Sequence record: OW849299.1
Source: a plasmid
DNA: 64,000 bases
Strand: one strand, 5' to 3'
The translations under genes were made by a program, and so were the position numbers. Shown here in pieces: positions 1-10,322 of this stretch; positions within the stretch are counted from its first letter, which is position 1; each line of letters begins with the position of its first letter. The notes beneath the pieces are model-generated. The model ran no database searches and was not told the DNA's origin. It saw nothing but the letters and a program-made list of their open reading frames with translations.

Positions 1-1056
1 GTGAATCAAAAGAATCCATACCTACAGCTTTCTGACATTGAGTCAGTAGAAGGTCTTTCGCCGGAGTTCATCTCCTGGCTTGAAAGCCAGTCCCCTAAAG
101 AATCGCCCCTGCAGCTGCTTCTCGATGAAGGCACCAAGCCCGTGCGCAAAACCCGCCGTCGTCGCGGTACGCACTCAACGGCGTGTCTCTGCCCGGAGCC
201 CAGCTGGTACCGACCGGACAATTTCAAAAAGCTCCCTGGCCAGCTTGGCCATGCCTACAACCGCCTTGTTCGCCGCGATCGCAAAACGGGCGCGTTAAGT
301 CTGCGTATGCGGATCAGCCGCCACCCGTACTTCGTGCAGCTGCGCGAGCAGGCTGGCCGGAAGCGCGACTTCCGCCCGGAGCGGGAGAAATTACTCGATG
401 CGATTGTGCCGCTCCTGGTCAGCACCGTTGACCGGGCTACCCATATCGACACTATCAACCTCAGTAAAATGGCGTGGCAGCTCAGCGAAAAGGACAGCGA
501 AGGGAACGTGATCCGGAAAGTGACGGTACCGCGGGTTTGCCGGCTGCTGCAGCACATGATGGAATTCGGGTTACTGGCGCTGCCTGAAGGCGTCACATGG
601 GACCCGTTTAACCGCAAGTGGTTCCCCAAGCATGTCGTGCTGACGGAACGCCTCTGGAAGATGATCGGTGTTGATCTCGATAAGCTGTATGCGGAGCAGG
701 CCGAACAGGTGGCCGCTGAAGCTGCAGGCTGGATAACCCGTGATGAACATGGCCAGGCGGAAGAAATCTCTGTTAAAGCCGCGCGCCGGCGCTGGTATGA
801 AAAAATGATGCACGCCACGCTGGTTCGCCGGCGTGAAGCCGCCCTGAAGGGTAAGCGCGAGAAGAAGCTGAAAGCGCTGGCAGAACAGCCCTATGACGAC
901 CGGGCTTACGCCATGTCCGTTCATCTGATACGGACGCTGCCGAAAGACGAACTGCACGCGCTGTCGCCTGAGCAGTTTACCCAGCGAGTACGCAGCCACC
1001 TGTATCAGCTCGATCTGGGGCTGGAGAGGGAATCCGGTCCCCCTGATTATCACTGA
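1..1056 (+). CDS. repA: Plasmid replication initiator RepA (IncL/M-type, FII/I-complex-like). GTG start sits exactly at the window edge.
   Basis: 351-aa ORF with basic Arg/Lys-rich N-terminal and C-terminal segments typical of RepA initiators of the IncFII/IncI/IncL-M complex. Followed by a non-coding origin-like block. Context is an IncL pOXA-48-type backbone. Confidence 0.7.
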   Translation: MNQKNPYLQLSDIESVEGLSPEFISWLESQSPKESPLQLLLDEGTKPVRKTRRRRGTHSTACLCPEPSWYRPDNFKKLPGQLGHAYNRLVRRDRKTGALSLRMRISRHPYFVQLREQAGRKRDFRPEREKLLDAIVPLLVSTVDRATHIDTINLSKMAWQLSEKDSEGNVIRKVTVPRVCRLLQHMMEFGLLALPEGVTWDPFNRKWFPKHVVLTERLWKMIGVDLDKLYAEQAEQVAAEAAGWITRDEHGQAEEISVKAARRRWYEKMMHATLVRRREAALKGKREKKLKALAEQPYDDRAYAMSVHLIRTLPKDELHALSPEQFTQRVRSHLYQLDLGLERESGPPDYH

Positions 1057-1204
1057 TTTTCTCCCCCTGTAATTCTCTTACCGCCGCCTGGCGGTTTTCG
1101 TGCTCGCCAGCCGGCGCGACCTGCTCAAATTTCCTCCAGTTTTAACGTGTGGCCATCGTGATTTTTTGACGTTCTGGCGCCGCCGGTGGATAACCGGCAG
1201 CGAG

Positions 1205-1225
1205 ATCACCACTATCCACAGTTAT
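1205..1225. promoter_or_regulatory. DnaA-box-like sites (cTATCCACA and gTTATCCgc) downstream of repA, a candidate oriV component. A further near-box GGTTATCCACG lies at 1840-1850.
   Basis: Near-consensus TTATCCACA 9-mers read directly in the sequence. Confidence 0.3.
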
Positions 1226-1992
1226 CCGCAAAGGAGGAAATAAAGTCACCTGCAATCGTGGTCAAAGCAAGCTGCAATACACTCTTAACTTCTTTAAAAA
1301 GATGTTTATTCAATAAAGAGATCACTGTTATTCAGGCTCAATTTTCTGTGGATTATGGGAATATGCCTGGCCTTTCAGCGCCGCTACGCGGCACGACGGC
1401 CAGAATGGTCGCTATGCTCCCAGGTTAGCACCCGGCAAATGCCGGGCAGGGTGGCCAGCAGAAACCACCACTGTAGATTTTTCTTTGCCCCACCGTGCTT
1501 TTCCCCGCCGAGCCAACGGCTCGGCAGAAAAAAGCATGATGGATGATGTAACTAAGAACACCCCCGTAAGACGGAAGGGCTGCGACCCGCACCCCTGACG
1601 TCAACGCTACTACCCACGCGCCCGGTGCGCCGCTAACGTCACACCGCCCGCTCGCAGTAGCCAGGGGGTAATGTGGCCACAGCGTCACCTGCAGGGCAGT
1701 CAGGCAGGAAAATCATCTGCTATGGCGTGCAATGCCTTTCAGGCAATCAACGCCAGTGTCTGCTGTCAGTTTTAAAATTAACAGGGAAAAGAGGATCGAT
1801 TTAGCCGCGGTTATCCACGTCAGCCGCTCGCAGGCGCGTTAAAAAGGGTGAAGGCAGGGGAATGTTGCTCTTTTTGCAGTGAAGGCCACAGAGAGCGTTT
1901 CAGGCGCTTATTTGAGGAAATGCGATTTCTGCCAGGGTGGAGGCACAAAAAAACCCGACTGGTGAGATCGGGTTTTCATGTTTTGCCCCGGA

Positions 1993-2209
1993 TGGAGGCG
2001 GGAACACCTAAACAATTGACGGTTAAATATTACGCCATGAGTGCAGTAAATGCAAACCACCGGGAATAGGGTATACTGCGCGGGTCAATCTGTTGACGTT
2101 CTTCTCCAGCCCCCGCTTACGCGGCGTGAACGGTTTAAAGCCCTGGTTGAAAAACAGGTGGTGCTGTTTCAATGCCCTGGCTGGAGTGGGAACATCTAAA
2201 CAATTGACG
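1993..2209. repeat. Two 27-29 bp imperfect direct repeats 190 bp apart (1993-2021 and 2183-2209) in the non-coding block 3' of repA. Candidate oriV iteron-like element.
   Basis: tggagGcgggaacaCctaaacaattgacg and tggagTgggaacaTctaaacaattgacg, three mismatches, read directly in the sequence. Confidence 0.45.
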
Positions 2210-2391
2210 TGAGGTAGCCGCTGTGACAGGCAATGTAAGGGCGATCAGCGGTGTTCCTGCTCTGTATGGAGCAAACGGATGATTAACTTGTTAATCGTCG
2301 TTCTGCGGGCAGTTGTTGCAGTGTCTAACGCTGTGATAGCGGTCCTGGAGCTGATCCGGCAGTATTTTGACTGACCGGAAACGTAACTAAA

Positions 2392-2419
2392 GGCGGGGGG
2401 ACCACTCCCCGCCTTTTAA
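2392..2419. terminator. Bidirectional rho-independent terminator at the 3' end of trbC.
   Basis: Hairpin ggcgggggg-acca-ctccccgcc with T-runs on both strands. Confidence 0.5.
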
Positions 2420-2424
2420 CAGGG

Positions 2425-4512
2425 TTACATCTCGATCATCGGGAACAGATCGTCTTCCTGGTGGTAAAGCACGTCGTCCGTTTCCGTTCCATCAAGCCAT
2501 TCAGCGAACAGTTCAAACAGGCACACCGACATTTCCTCCGGTGAAATTGCGCCACACTGCAGCTCGTAGAAGACCTCAATTTTTTCCAGCAGGCTGTTGG
2601 CCGCTTTGTCGTAGCCGAACAGCTTGATCGGCGGGAATCGCATTGCATCCGGGTTGGTTTCCGCCAGTTCATCATCCTTGCGTTCCGGATAAATGCTGTA
2701 CAGCGTTGCCGGCGATGGCGGCAATACCTCGATAAAGCGGTTTATCCGCATCGGCAGTTCGCTGGAAAACTTCTCATTGTCCGGAATGTAAAACGCGGCG
2801 CTGCGTACCAGGGCATCCTGGAAAGAAATTACCCCCTGACCTTCGGTCTGCTTACGTAGCTCACGAATGTTCACGCGGTCCTTTTCACGGATTTGGTACA
2901 GATCCCCTTCCCGGACCGTTTTGGAAAACGTGCCGTGTTCGGCTTCCTGCCCGGAGAGCTCAGAATAATAATCCTGGCCGACGGTTTCGCGCAGTATTTC
3001 AAAGGTTTTCCGGTCTTCAATCGACTCAAAATATTTCACGCGGGTGTTGGCGATCAGCGAATCCACCTCGCCGTTCGCGCCGCGGGCGAGCGACGGGTGA
3101 TCCTGGGAGGAAAATACGCCCATTTTTTCCAGTGAACGCATCTGCGCACTCAGCGTATCCATACCGCTGGTGAAATACTGGCCCAGCTCGTCATAAATCA
3201 GCCCGTATGGCGCCTGATTATTCAGCGCGTGAGTGAGCAGGACTTCCTCTTTTTTCCCTTCCAGCTGGTAGCCCAGGTCCTTACTGATGGTCATTCGCTG
3301 CAGCGTCACATATAAACGGCCAAGCGTGGCCGCTTCACCGCGTGACAGCTCCAGCGACGGGATCATGACGATGAGAATGCGGTCATTGTGGAAAATATCG
3401 TCCATCCGGATATCGCCGCTGTCTTCCGGAAAAACATGGCCATAAGTTTCATTGAACAGGGAGAGCGTCTTCAGGAACTGACGGCTCATGTAGTTATGCT
3501 GTTCGAAGGCGCGGGCTTCCCACGTTTCCGGGTATTCCGCGTTGGCCAGCAGGAAGCCTGGTGTATTTTCCAGATAACTTTCCAGCGCGGCGTAACCCTC
3601 GCTGTGCCAGCCGTTTTTCTTTGCCTCCACGTACAGCGCGGCCATTGCCGGCAGCGACATGTTTTTCTGAATAGTGCGCTGTGACAAAAGCAGTTCGCCG
3701 CGGGCGCGCTTATAACACAGGGCATTGATCAGCGCCGACATCATGGCTTTTGCCGTATCCTGCCACTGTGCCGAATCCCCGCCCACCTGGGGGAGCATGG
3801 ATTCCATCAACTGGATGATGAAGGTCGGCGGGGCAACGCTGAAGAGGTTGACTGAGTTGGATTGCGCGGGGATGCTTTCCTGCTTCACCAGGTTCACGAA
3901 CCTGTCAATACTGCCGGTCAGCAGGTTGAGAACGTAATAATCATCCTCACGGCCGAAACGGCGCGCCAGCGACCAGGTGGCGAAGGCCAGCTTGTTATCT
4001 GCTTTACCGTCTGAGAGGCAGTAGCCACGGCACCACAGCAGGAAGTTAACGATAAACCCATAGAAGGTTTCGGTTTTACCCGACCCGGTGGTACCAAAAA
4101 ATACCATGTGGCGCAGCAGGTCCGTCATGTTCAGCCACAGCTCGCGGCCGAACAGGCGTCCCCGCTCATACCCGACATATAAAATTCCCTTCGCTTTCTT
4201 TCGCTCCCGGACCTTATGCGGGATGCGAATGGGCCCCAGACGGTATTCCGCCTGGGTTTCCGTGGTCAGGGTGTCGTCGAACATTTCGCAGTCTTTCGGC
4301 ATTCGCAGCGGTGGCCGGAATTTACGATCCGTGAATGCCACCATCAGCGGCGGAAGGATGAGGATGCTCAGCAGCATGGTAAAGGGGAGAAACAGACCCA
4401 GCACGGTCAGTATGGCCAGCAGGCCAAACTGTACGTTCGGAGTGAGGAACCACTCCATGAACGAACCATCCGGGCGGAGGACTTTTTTACTGTCTACAGA
4501 TTCCTGTTGCAT
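2425..4512 (-). CDS. trbC: Type IV coupling protein (TrbC / DotL / VirD4-like ATPase).
   Basis: 695 aa with an N-terminal transmembrane segment and Walker A GTTGSGKT. Last gene of a trbA-trbB-trbC operon, as in IncI/IncL-M plasmids. Confidence 0.8.
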   Translation of the reverse strand: MQQESVDSKKVLRPDGSFMEWFLTPNVQFGLLAILTVLGLFLPFTMLLSILILPPLMVAFTDRKFRPPLRMPKDCEMFDDTLTTETQAEYRLGPIRIPHKVRERKKAKGILYVGYERGRLFGRELWLNMTDLLRHMVFFGTTGSGKTETFYGFIVNFLLWCRGYCLSDGKADNKLAFATWSLARRFGREDDYYVLNLLTGSIDRFVNLVKQESIPAQSNSVNLFSVAPPTFIIQLMESMLPQVGGDSAQWQDTAKAMMSALINALCYKRARGELLLSQRTIQKNMSLPAMAALYVEAKKNGWHSEGYAALESYLENTPGFLLANAEYPETWEARAFEQHNYMSRQFLKTLSLFNETYGHVFPEDSGDIRMDDIFHNDRILIVMIPSLELSRGEAATLGRLYVTLQRMTISKDLGYQLEGKKEEVLLTHALNNQAPYGLIYDELGQYFTSGMDTLSAQMRSLEKMGVFSSQDHPSLARGANGEVDSLIANTRVKYFESIEDRKTFEILRETVGQDYYSELSGQEAEHGTFSKTVREGDLYQIREKDRVNIRELRKQTEGQGVISFQDALVRSAAFYIPDNEKFSSELPMRINRFIEVLPPSPATLYSIYPERKDDELAETNPDAMRFPPIKLFGYDKAANSLLEKIEVFYELQCGAISPEEMSVCLFELFAEWLDGTETDDVLYHQEDDLFPMIEM

Positions 4513-4524
4513 AGCGGCTCCGGG

Positions 4525-5544
4525 TTATTCTCCTATTGCCTGCTGCAGGCGGGCATCGTCTTTGACGACGGAAACCGGGATCACATCACCCGAATCGGCA
4601 ACGATGGACGGGGTACCGATAAACCCGAATTTCGCAAATGCCATATTGTTCGCGTCAACCAGGCGGGCGCCGGTGGTATCCGGGGCTGTTTTCGGATCGT
4701 CAATTTTCGGGTTCATGGTGGTGTATCCCATGTTAATCGTGTCTTCCCAGCTTTTCAGTCGGGTATCTTTCCCGGTATCGAGTACAGGAGCGGCGCGGAC
4801 CATCGAGCGCAGGTCGCCATAAACGGACACGGGGAAAATCTCGACGTTATAGCGTTTGCTCAGTTCCTGCAGTCGGGGTTCCAGCGCGCGGCAGTGCGGG
4901 CACATCGGATCGGAAAACACATACAGGGTGTGTTTATGCCCGGTTGAAAGCGAGATTGTAAAGCGTCCGCTGGTGACGGCATCTTTCAGTGACAGCAAGT
5001 CGTTATCAGCCAGTTTTTTAGGGGCTTCAGGTGCTGCCTGAACCTGCAGCTGCTCCGGCGCAGTGGCAGGCTGCTGCAGACCCGGCGCGGGAGCATACGA
5101 GTTTGCCTGCAGTGGCTGTGCCGGCTGATGCATATTCATCAACGCGCCGTTGATGGAGACGATAAAGCCCAGCGCGGCGACTGGCCAGAAGATAAAGTTA
5201 GACAGCCGGCGCACGGCATTGAGTCCGCGCTGCTGTTTCAGCTTTTTACGGATATTGTTCAGCGCCTCGATGGCCTGATATTCGTTTTCAAAGCGGAACA
5301 GCTGCACCGCTTCACCAGAAAACGTATTGTGCGTCAGGATGTGGCCGCTGCCGGCATCATGGCCAAGTCCAAAATGACAGGCTGACAGGGGGAAGGAGTG
5401 CAGGGCTTGTTCCTGGTAGTTTCCGTCAGCGGAAAGATAAAGTGTGTTGCGATCGGTTTTTACGGTGAGTTTCATACTTCCTCGCTTAGAGTTCCAGGTG
5501 ATCGGGTCGGGTTGCCGGCTGAGGTTTAGCCGGCGTCGGTTCAT
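4525..5544 (-). CDS. trbB: TrbB, a periplasmic thiol:disulfide interchange (DsbC-like) protein.
   Basis: Thioredoxin motif FSDPMCPHC. Position between trbA and trbC. The N-terminal start is uncertain because the ORF overlaps the trbA 3' end. Confidence 0.7.
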   Translation of the reverse strand: MNRRRLNLSRQPDPITWNSKRGSMKLTVKTDRNTLYLSADGNYQEQALHSFPLSACHFGLGHDAGSGHILTHNTFSGEAVQLFRFENEYQAIEALNNIRKKLKQQRGLNAVRRLSNFIFWPVAALGFIVSINGALMNMHQPAQPLQANSYAPAPGLQQPATAPEQLQVQAAPEAPKKLADNDLLSLKDAVTSGRFTISLSTGHKHTLYVFSDPMCPHCRALEPRLQELSKRYNVEIFPVSVYGDLRSMVRAAPVLDTGKDTRLKSWEDTINMGYTTMNPKIDDPKTAPDTTGARLVDANNMAFAKFGFIGTPSIVADSGDVIPVSVVKDDARLQQAIGE

Positions 5545-6793
5545 CGTCTGTCAGTCGCAGACTGTTGTTCGGGGTGTCGTGCGGAGCTGCAGGCGGCGTA
5601 GCCGGCTCGTCTTCCGCTTCAGCGTCAGATTCAAATGCAAATGGCGGTATAACGTCTTCCTGCCAGTGAGCGACCGGAATGGCGGGATCGCGGCGGTCAA
5701 TATGGCGGTAATGGAGCAGATCCAGCTCAAGGCCCAGCACGGCCGCCCGCACGGTCGGCGGGAATTTCGCCGCCTTTTCTTCATCGAGCGTCAGCCGGTA
5801 ACTTTCGCACTGACTCCAGGCAATAACACCACCTCCCTCAATGAAGAACTTCCCGCGGCCGGCGCTTGAAAGTGCATACCATAACGTGCGGTCCACACCT
5901 TTAAGCCACCGGAAATTAGCGGATGGCAGCTGCAGGTCATCATCGAACAGCGCGTAGAGTAGCGAACGGGAGCTGCGGCGCCCCTTTGCAAATTCTCGGA
6001 ACGCTTCACACTGGCTGGCGACGGTCCAGAACCCGGCGGCCAGCGAATAATCAGGGAAACCGTCTTTAGTCCGCAGGCAGGAACGGTTGAGATCGTCGAG
6101 AATGGATTTAGCCGTTGGCCGGTCGCCCATAAACCGCAGATGTACAAACGAGGCTGCGAGCGCTTTTTCCCAGGGCGCCAGGGAAAGGGCCGCCCCTTCG
6201 GGGGCCAGGTTTACCTGTGACAGGAAGACTTTATGTGCGGCTTTTTTACGGAGGCGGCGCTTAGCGGTATCAATCAGGTTATGTTCCTGGGCAAACTCAA
6301 CGGGTGACTGCGCGCTGCGTGCTTCTTCCGGATCTTCATTCAGCAGCAGCTGATCGAGGTGGCCAAACCGGGCGAGGATATGAGCTATCCCCGGATAGTT
6401 TTTTACCATCACCCAGGGAAGGTTCCGGATGGTCAGTTTACGGGTCAGACGGTAGTAAGGATTGCGCGAGATAACCCAGACGAACAACCCGATGATTAAA
6501 ATGAACAGGGGAAAGAGCACGCTGGCCGTGTCGTTCATCACGCTGATAAAGTCCCACAGCGAAACCTGGTGGTTATACCGCGCCGCCGACAGCAGCATGT
6601 CCCGGCGCTCGGCCGCATTACCCGGCGTAATGGCGTCCGGCAGTACACCGTAGATCCAGTAAAGCAGGCGACAGACTCCGTAAATCACATAATCACGAAA
6701 GCCAAACCACATCACTGTGATCATGATGAGAAGGGCCCCGATAATCATCAGGCCATCATCCCCTCCCCCTTTCCGTTGTGGCTGGTTTTGCAT
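5486..6793 (-). CDS. trbA: TrbA-like conjugal transfer protein.
   Basis: 435-aa ORF with an N-terminal hydrophobic segment, in a tight operon with trbB/trbC. Named by order only. Confidence 0.5.
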   Translation of the reverse strand: MQNQPQRKGGGDDGLMIIGALLIMITVMWFGFRDYVIYGVCRLLYWIYGVLPDAITPGNAAERRDMLLSAARYNHQVSLWDFISVMNDTASVLFPLFILIIGLFVWVISRNPYYRLTRKLTIRNLPWVMVKNYPGIAHILARFGHLDQLLLNEDPEEARSAQSPVEFAQEHNLIDTAKRRLRKKAAHKVFLSQVNLAPEGAALSLAPWEKALAASFVHLRFMGDRPTAKSILDDLNRSCLRTKDGFPDYSLAAGFWTVASQCEAFREFAKGRRSSRSLLYALFDDDLQLPSANFRWLKGVDRTLWYALSSAGRGKFFIEGGGVIAWSQCESYRLTLDEEKAAKFPPTVRAAVLGLELDLLHYRHIDRRDPAIPVAHWQEDVIPPFAFESDAEAEDEPATPPAAPHDTPNNSLRLTDDEPTPAKPQPATRPDHLEL

Positions 6794-7188
6794 CAGAACC
6801 TCAGAGAATTTTGGTAAACCTTCCCGATATACCAGGCCTTACGCGCCGGCGTGTTGGAGTGATAGCGGCCGACACCCTGCCAGAAATCCCCCCCTTCGAG
6901 AATGATGTTGTATTTGAGGATGTAGGCACTGGCCATTGCAGAGGCGCAGAAGTCATGCTGCAGCTGCTCCGCTTTCACGCCAAAATCGGACGCCAGCTTA
7001 TTCGCCCAGATGGTGTTTATCTGGAATGCGCCGTAATCGTAAGTGCCGTTTTTGTTTTTATTTTTCATTCCCGGTTTTCCGCCTTCAGTCAGCCACAAGG
7101 CGAGGAATCCACGGAGAGGAATGTGATAAATCTGTGCTGCTTCAACCATGCAAGTTGGCAGCGGGATTGAGGGCGGGGCATCAACCAT
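6793..7188 (-). CDS. Small lytic transglycosylase (SLT domain, IagB/IpgF/X-polypeptide-like) used for T4SS wall penetration.
   Basis: 131 aa with GAFQIN...YHSNTP motifs that resemble the GLMQI...AYNAGP core of family-1 lytic transglycosylases. Confidence 0.65.
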   Translation of the reverse strand: MVDAPPSIPLPTCMVEAAQIYHIPLRGFLALWLTEGGKPGMKNKNKNGTYDYGAFQINTIWANKLASDFGVKAEQLQHDFCASAMASAYILKYNIILEGGDFWQGVGRYHSNTPARKAWYIGKVYQNSLRF

Positions 7189-7292
7189 AACAATCTCCTA
7201 ATGATTTCTATTTCGAGTAAAAAATATACCATCAAAAGGAGATTTTTTTAAATCATTTTGGTGCGGATAATTGAGAGGCTGTCAAAGGGATT

Positions 7293-7688
7293 TTATTTGC
7301 CTTCGACAGAGACAATATTGCCCTCGTTCACATTTTCCCATGTCGGGATTTCGCCACTCAGCGTGCAGCGGAGTGTTTCTTTTCCGACGGTAAGTGGTGC
7401 GCCACTGCTGTAGTAATGACTTTCATACAGGCAAGAGGTTTTCTTTTGTTCCGGGGTCAGTGTAATACCGGCATCCTGATCCTTTGCCAGCAGTTGTACA
7501 AGATGTTGGTTTGTCTGTACCTGCTCACCCAGAATGCTGCTCAGTAAAGAATCGGTTTTCGGCGCGGATACGCTCTGAGCAAAGGCACTGCAACTGATTA
7601 CGGATGCAGCCAGAATAAGAGCAATCTTCGTGTTGAATTTCATTTCACTTTCTCCATTAAAAAAATCGGCAATCATTTTCTGTATCAT
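7293..7688 (-). CDS. Secreted protein of unknown function.
   Basis: 131 aa with a cleavable signal peptide MKFNTKIALILAASVISCSAFAQ. Confidence 0.4.
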   Translation of the reverse strand: MIQKMIADFFNGESEMKFNTKIALILAASVISCSAFAQSVSAPKTDSLLSSILGEQVQTNQHLVQLLAKDQDAGITLTPEQKKTSCLYESHYYSSGAPLTVGKETLRCTLSGEIPTWENVNEGNIVSVEGK

Positions 7689-7755
7689 TTAAATTAGGTC
7701 TGAAAACCGGCCTGAGTGTCAAGCCGATTCTGTTTAAAAATTAACAGGGGATAAA

Positions 7756-8191
7756 ATGATTCAGTCACGTAATAAATATCTGCAGTTTATGCTGGTTCTG
7801 CTGGCAGCCTGGGCCATAGCCTGGGGGGCCATGTTTGTCATGGGGCAGGCTGTTCTGCTCTATGGGCTGGGGAAAAATACGCTGTTCTTCAGTCATGGTG
7901 CTGTACTGGTGTACCTCCTGTGTGTTTTCCTGGTATACCGCCGCTGGGTTGCTCCGCTACCGGTCGTTGGCCAGCTGAGCAACGTTGGCGCACTGTGGCT
8001 GGTTGGCGCGATGGCCGTGGTGTATGTCGGTGAATTTCTGCTGGGTAAAGTGCTGGACCTGCCCGCTGAGCCATTTATGACGAAACTTTTTGCCGATAAG
8101 TCCATACCCGATGTGATCCTGACGTTGCTGGCCGTCTTTATCCTTGCCCCGCTGAATGAGGAAATCCTGTTCCGTGGTGTCATGCTGAACG
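7756..8191 (+). pseudogene. tir: 5' part of a CPBP-family intramembrane protease gene (tir-like transfer inhibition gene), truncated by the Tn1999 insertion.
   Basis: EEILFRG motif typical of CPBP/CAAX proteases. The ORF runs straight into the IS1999 inverted repeat at 8192 and its 3' part resumes at 13858. Confidence 0.6.
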
Positions 8192-8204
8192 CTGAAGGAT
8201 CCCC

Positions 8205-9338
8205 TCATAAATCAGCCATAGCATAGCCATATTTGAGCAACTGATTGGCGAATAATACCCAGGCCGCCAGCAATTCTTTCTCCGTGATTTGATAATCAGG
8301 CCGCCTGAGTACCTCCAATCCCAAGCGAATCGTTGAGAGTACCGTTCGATGCCCAATGGTATTGGCCTGAAAATGCTTATCCCAGCCCTGTTGCTGTGCG
8401 TGTAAACCAACTAGCCACAACAGGCATTGAACCATCAACGCTATCAGTAGGATGATGTCGAATCGCTCTGGACTGTTGGTACGACTTTGGCGTAAGCCAA
8501 AGCCGTATGCCGGGCTTTTGAGGTCACGAAAGGTTTCCTCTATTTGCATACGTTTGGCGTACAGGTTTACCAGCTGCTTTGGGCTCCGAGATTCTGGTGG
8601 TAAATTGCTGGCTAACACCCAAGGCTCTTTCGCCGATGTTGAGTACGTTTTTGCCGATGGATGGTGGCAATTAGTCCTCGTTGAACGCTGATTTGTACGC
8701 CCCTTAGGTTTGCTACGATAAAGCGTGAGATGGCAATTGATAGGGTTAGTTTTGGTCAAAGTCTTACAACCCAGGCTCTTCGCTTGACCGTTGGCCAAGT
8801 CATGTGTACTTCGAACTGCACGCCAATTTTCAGCGCCAATATCTGCAAATTGAACTGTACCGCGAATACGGCTTAGCCAAAACCAACCATGCGCCTCAAC
8901 CTCTTTGTACCAAGGCACTTTGAACCCCGCGTCAGTCACGATGAGAGGGGTAACATGCAAAGGTAAAATCTTGGCTAAGTCCGCTAAAAAACCGTTGTGG
9001 GAGGCCTTAGAGCATTGTTCTGATAGGGGATAGGACTTCTCATACAGGGTAATAGAGCGGCCATTGAAGGCTATTGAGGCGCGCAGAGCCATGATGCGTT
9101 TATGCTCTCGGATGTCTGACCAATCGACGAGCACAATCGGCATAGGGTTACCAGAACAGATGAGGCTGGCATGCCATTGGTAGACAGCTAACCGTTCTTG
9201 ATGCAGATGCGTGTTGCCGAGCAAACGATCAATGCGCTTGATGTTGTGCTTGGTTCGGGCCGTGGTTGGTAAATTTCGACCTAACTCAGTCAAGGTCAGT
9301 GTCTTACATTCAATCAGCGCCTTAGAGGCCAGCATCAA
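8205..9338 (-). pseudogene. IS1999 transposase, N-terminally truncated by the IS1 insertion.
   Basis: 377 aa, identical to residues 40-416 of the intact copy at 12636-13844. Roughly 75% similar to the IS10 transposase. Confidence 0.8.
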
Positions 9339-9406
9339 GCTGTTTAATCGTTTTAGGTGAAGTTCTGGGCAGTATTGGTGTAAAGAATGTTGGTAATGAC
9401 TCCAAC

Positions 9407-9910
9407 TTATTGATAGTGTTTTATGTTCAGATAATGCCCGATGACTTTGTCATGCAGCTCCACCGATTTTGAGAACGACAGCGACTTCCGTCCCAGCCGT
9501 GCCAGGTGCTGCCTCAGATTCAGGTTATGCCGCTCAATTCGCTGCGTATATCGCTTGCTGATTACGTGCAGCTTTCCCTTCAGGCGGGATTCATACAGCG
9601 GCCAGCCATCCGTCATCCATATCACCACGTCAAAGGGTGACAGCAGGCTCATAAGACGCCCCAGCGTCGCCATAGTGCGTTCACCGAATACGTGCGCAAC
9701 AACCGTCTTCCGGAGCCTGTCATACGCGTAAAACAGCCAGCGCTGGCGCGATTTAGCCCCGACGTATCCCCACTGTTCGTCCATTTCCGCGCAGACGATG
9801 ACGTCACTGCCCGGCTGTATGCGCGAGGTTACCGACTGCGGCCTGAGTTTTTTAAATGGCGGAAAATCGTGTTGAGGCCAACGCCCATAATGCGGGCGGT
9901 TGCCCGGCAT
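9407..9910 (-). CDS. insB: IS1 InsB (made as an InsAB fusion by frameshift).
   Basis: 167-aa ORF, recognised as IS1 InsB. Confidence 0.9.
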   Translation of the reverse strand: MPGNRPHYGRWPQHDFPPFKKLRPQSVTSRIQPGSDVIVCAEMDEQWGYVGAKSRQRWLFYAYDRLRKTVVAHVFGERTMATLGRLMSLLSPFDVVIWMTDGWPLYESRLKGKLHVISKRYTQRIERHNLNLRQHLARLGRKSLSFSKSVELHDKVIGHYLNIKHYQ

Positions 9911-10104
9911 CCAACGCCATTCATGGCCATATCAATGATTTTCTGGTGCGTACCGGGTTGAGAAGCGGTGTAAGTGAACTGCAGTTGCCATGTTTTACGG
10001 CAGTGAGAGCAGAGATAGCGCTGATGTCCGGCGGTGCTTTTGCCGTTACGCACCACCCCGTCAGTAGCTGAACAGGAGGGACAGCTGATAGAAACAGAAG
10101 CCAC
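9829..10104 (-). CDS. insA: IS1 InsA.
   Basis: 91-aa [23 protein letters not shown]..., recognised as IS1 InsA. Confidence 0.9.
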   Translation of the reverse strand: MASVSISCPSCSATDGVVRNGKSTAGHQRYLCSHCRKTWQLQFTYTASQPGTHQKIIDMAMNGVGCRATARIMGVGLNTIFRHLKNSGRSR

Positions 10105-10159
10105 TGGAGCACCTCAAAAACACCATCATACACTAAATCAGTAAGTTGGCAGCATCACC

Positions 10160-10322
10160 AAGAATGTTGTAGGATATTGGCTTCGCGCATCTTGTTGTCC
10201 AAGTGTAGTTTTTGGCGAAACCATTTGATCATGCAACAAGATGCGCTTCCACCCTAATTTGATGATTTATTTGTAAATCATCAGGGGATTCTTCAGTATA
10301 TTGCATTAAGCAAGGGGACGTT
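10160..10322 (+). promoter_or_regulatory. IS1 / IS1999-end derived promoter region driving blaOXA-48.
   Basis: blaOXA-48 begins 27 bp after the IS1999 terminal repeat, with the IS1 end 163 bp upstream. This is the known Tn1999.2 hybrid-promoter arrangement. Confidence 0.45.

Larger units (their letters stand above)
9392..10159 (-). mobile_element. IS1 (768 bp) inserted into IS1999 with a 9-bp target duplication AAGAATGTT.
   Basis: Ends GGTAATGACTCCAACTTATTGAT...GTTGGCAGCATCACC. Target duplication at 9383-9391 and 10160-10168. insA and insB ORFs present. Confidence 0.95.
8192..10296 (-). mobile_element. IS1999 (IS4 family, IS10-like), the upstream copy, interrupted by IS1.
   Basis: The IS10-like transposase ORF at 8205-9338 lacks its first ~40 residues because of the IS1. 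Terminal repeats match copy 2. Confidence 0.85.

Noticed and set aside
1186-2069. Small ORFs (80, 63, 87 and 73 aa) in the repA-downstream region as RepB/RepC-like genes.
   Set aside because: No RBS or conservation signals. The region carries repeats and DnaA-box-like sites and is better explained as an origin. The IncL/M control genes would lie upstream of repA, outside the window start.
4088-6653. Numerous 60-250-aa ORFs antisense to or overlapping trbC, trbB and trbA (for example 4088-4822, 4216-4947, 5791-6147).
   Set aside because: They lie inside well-supported genes on the opposite strand or in alternate frames, lack RBS context and have skewed composition typical of GC-rich antisense frames.
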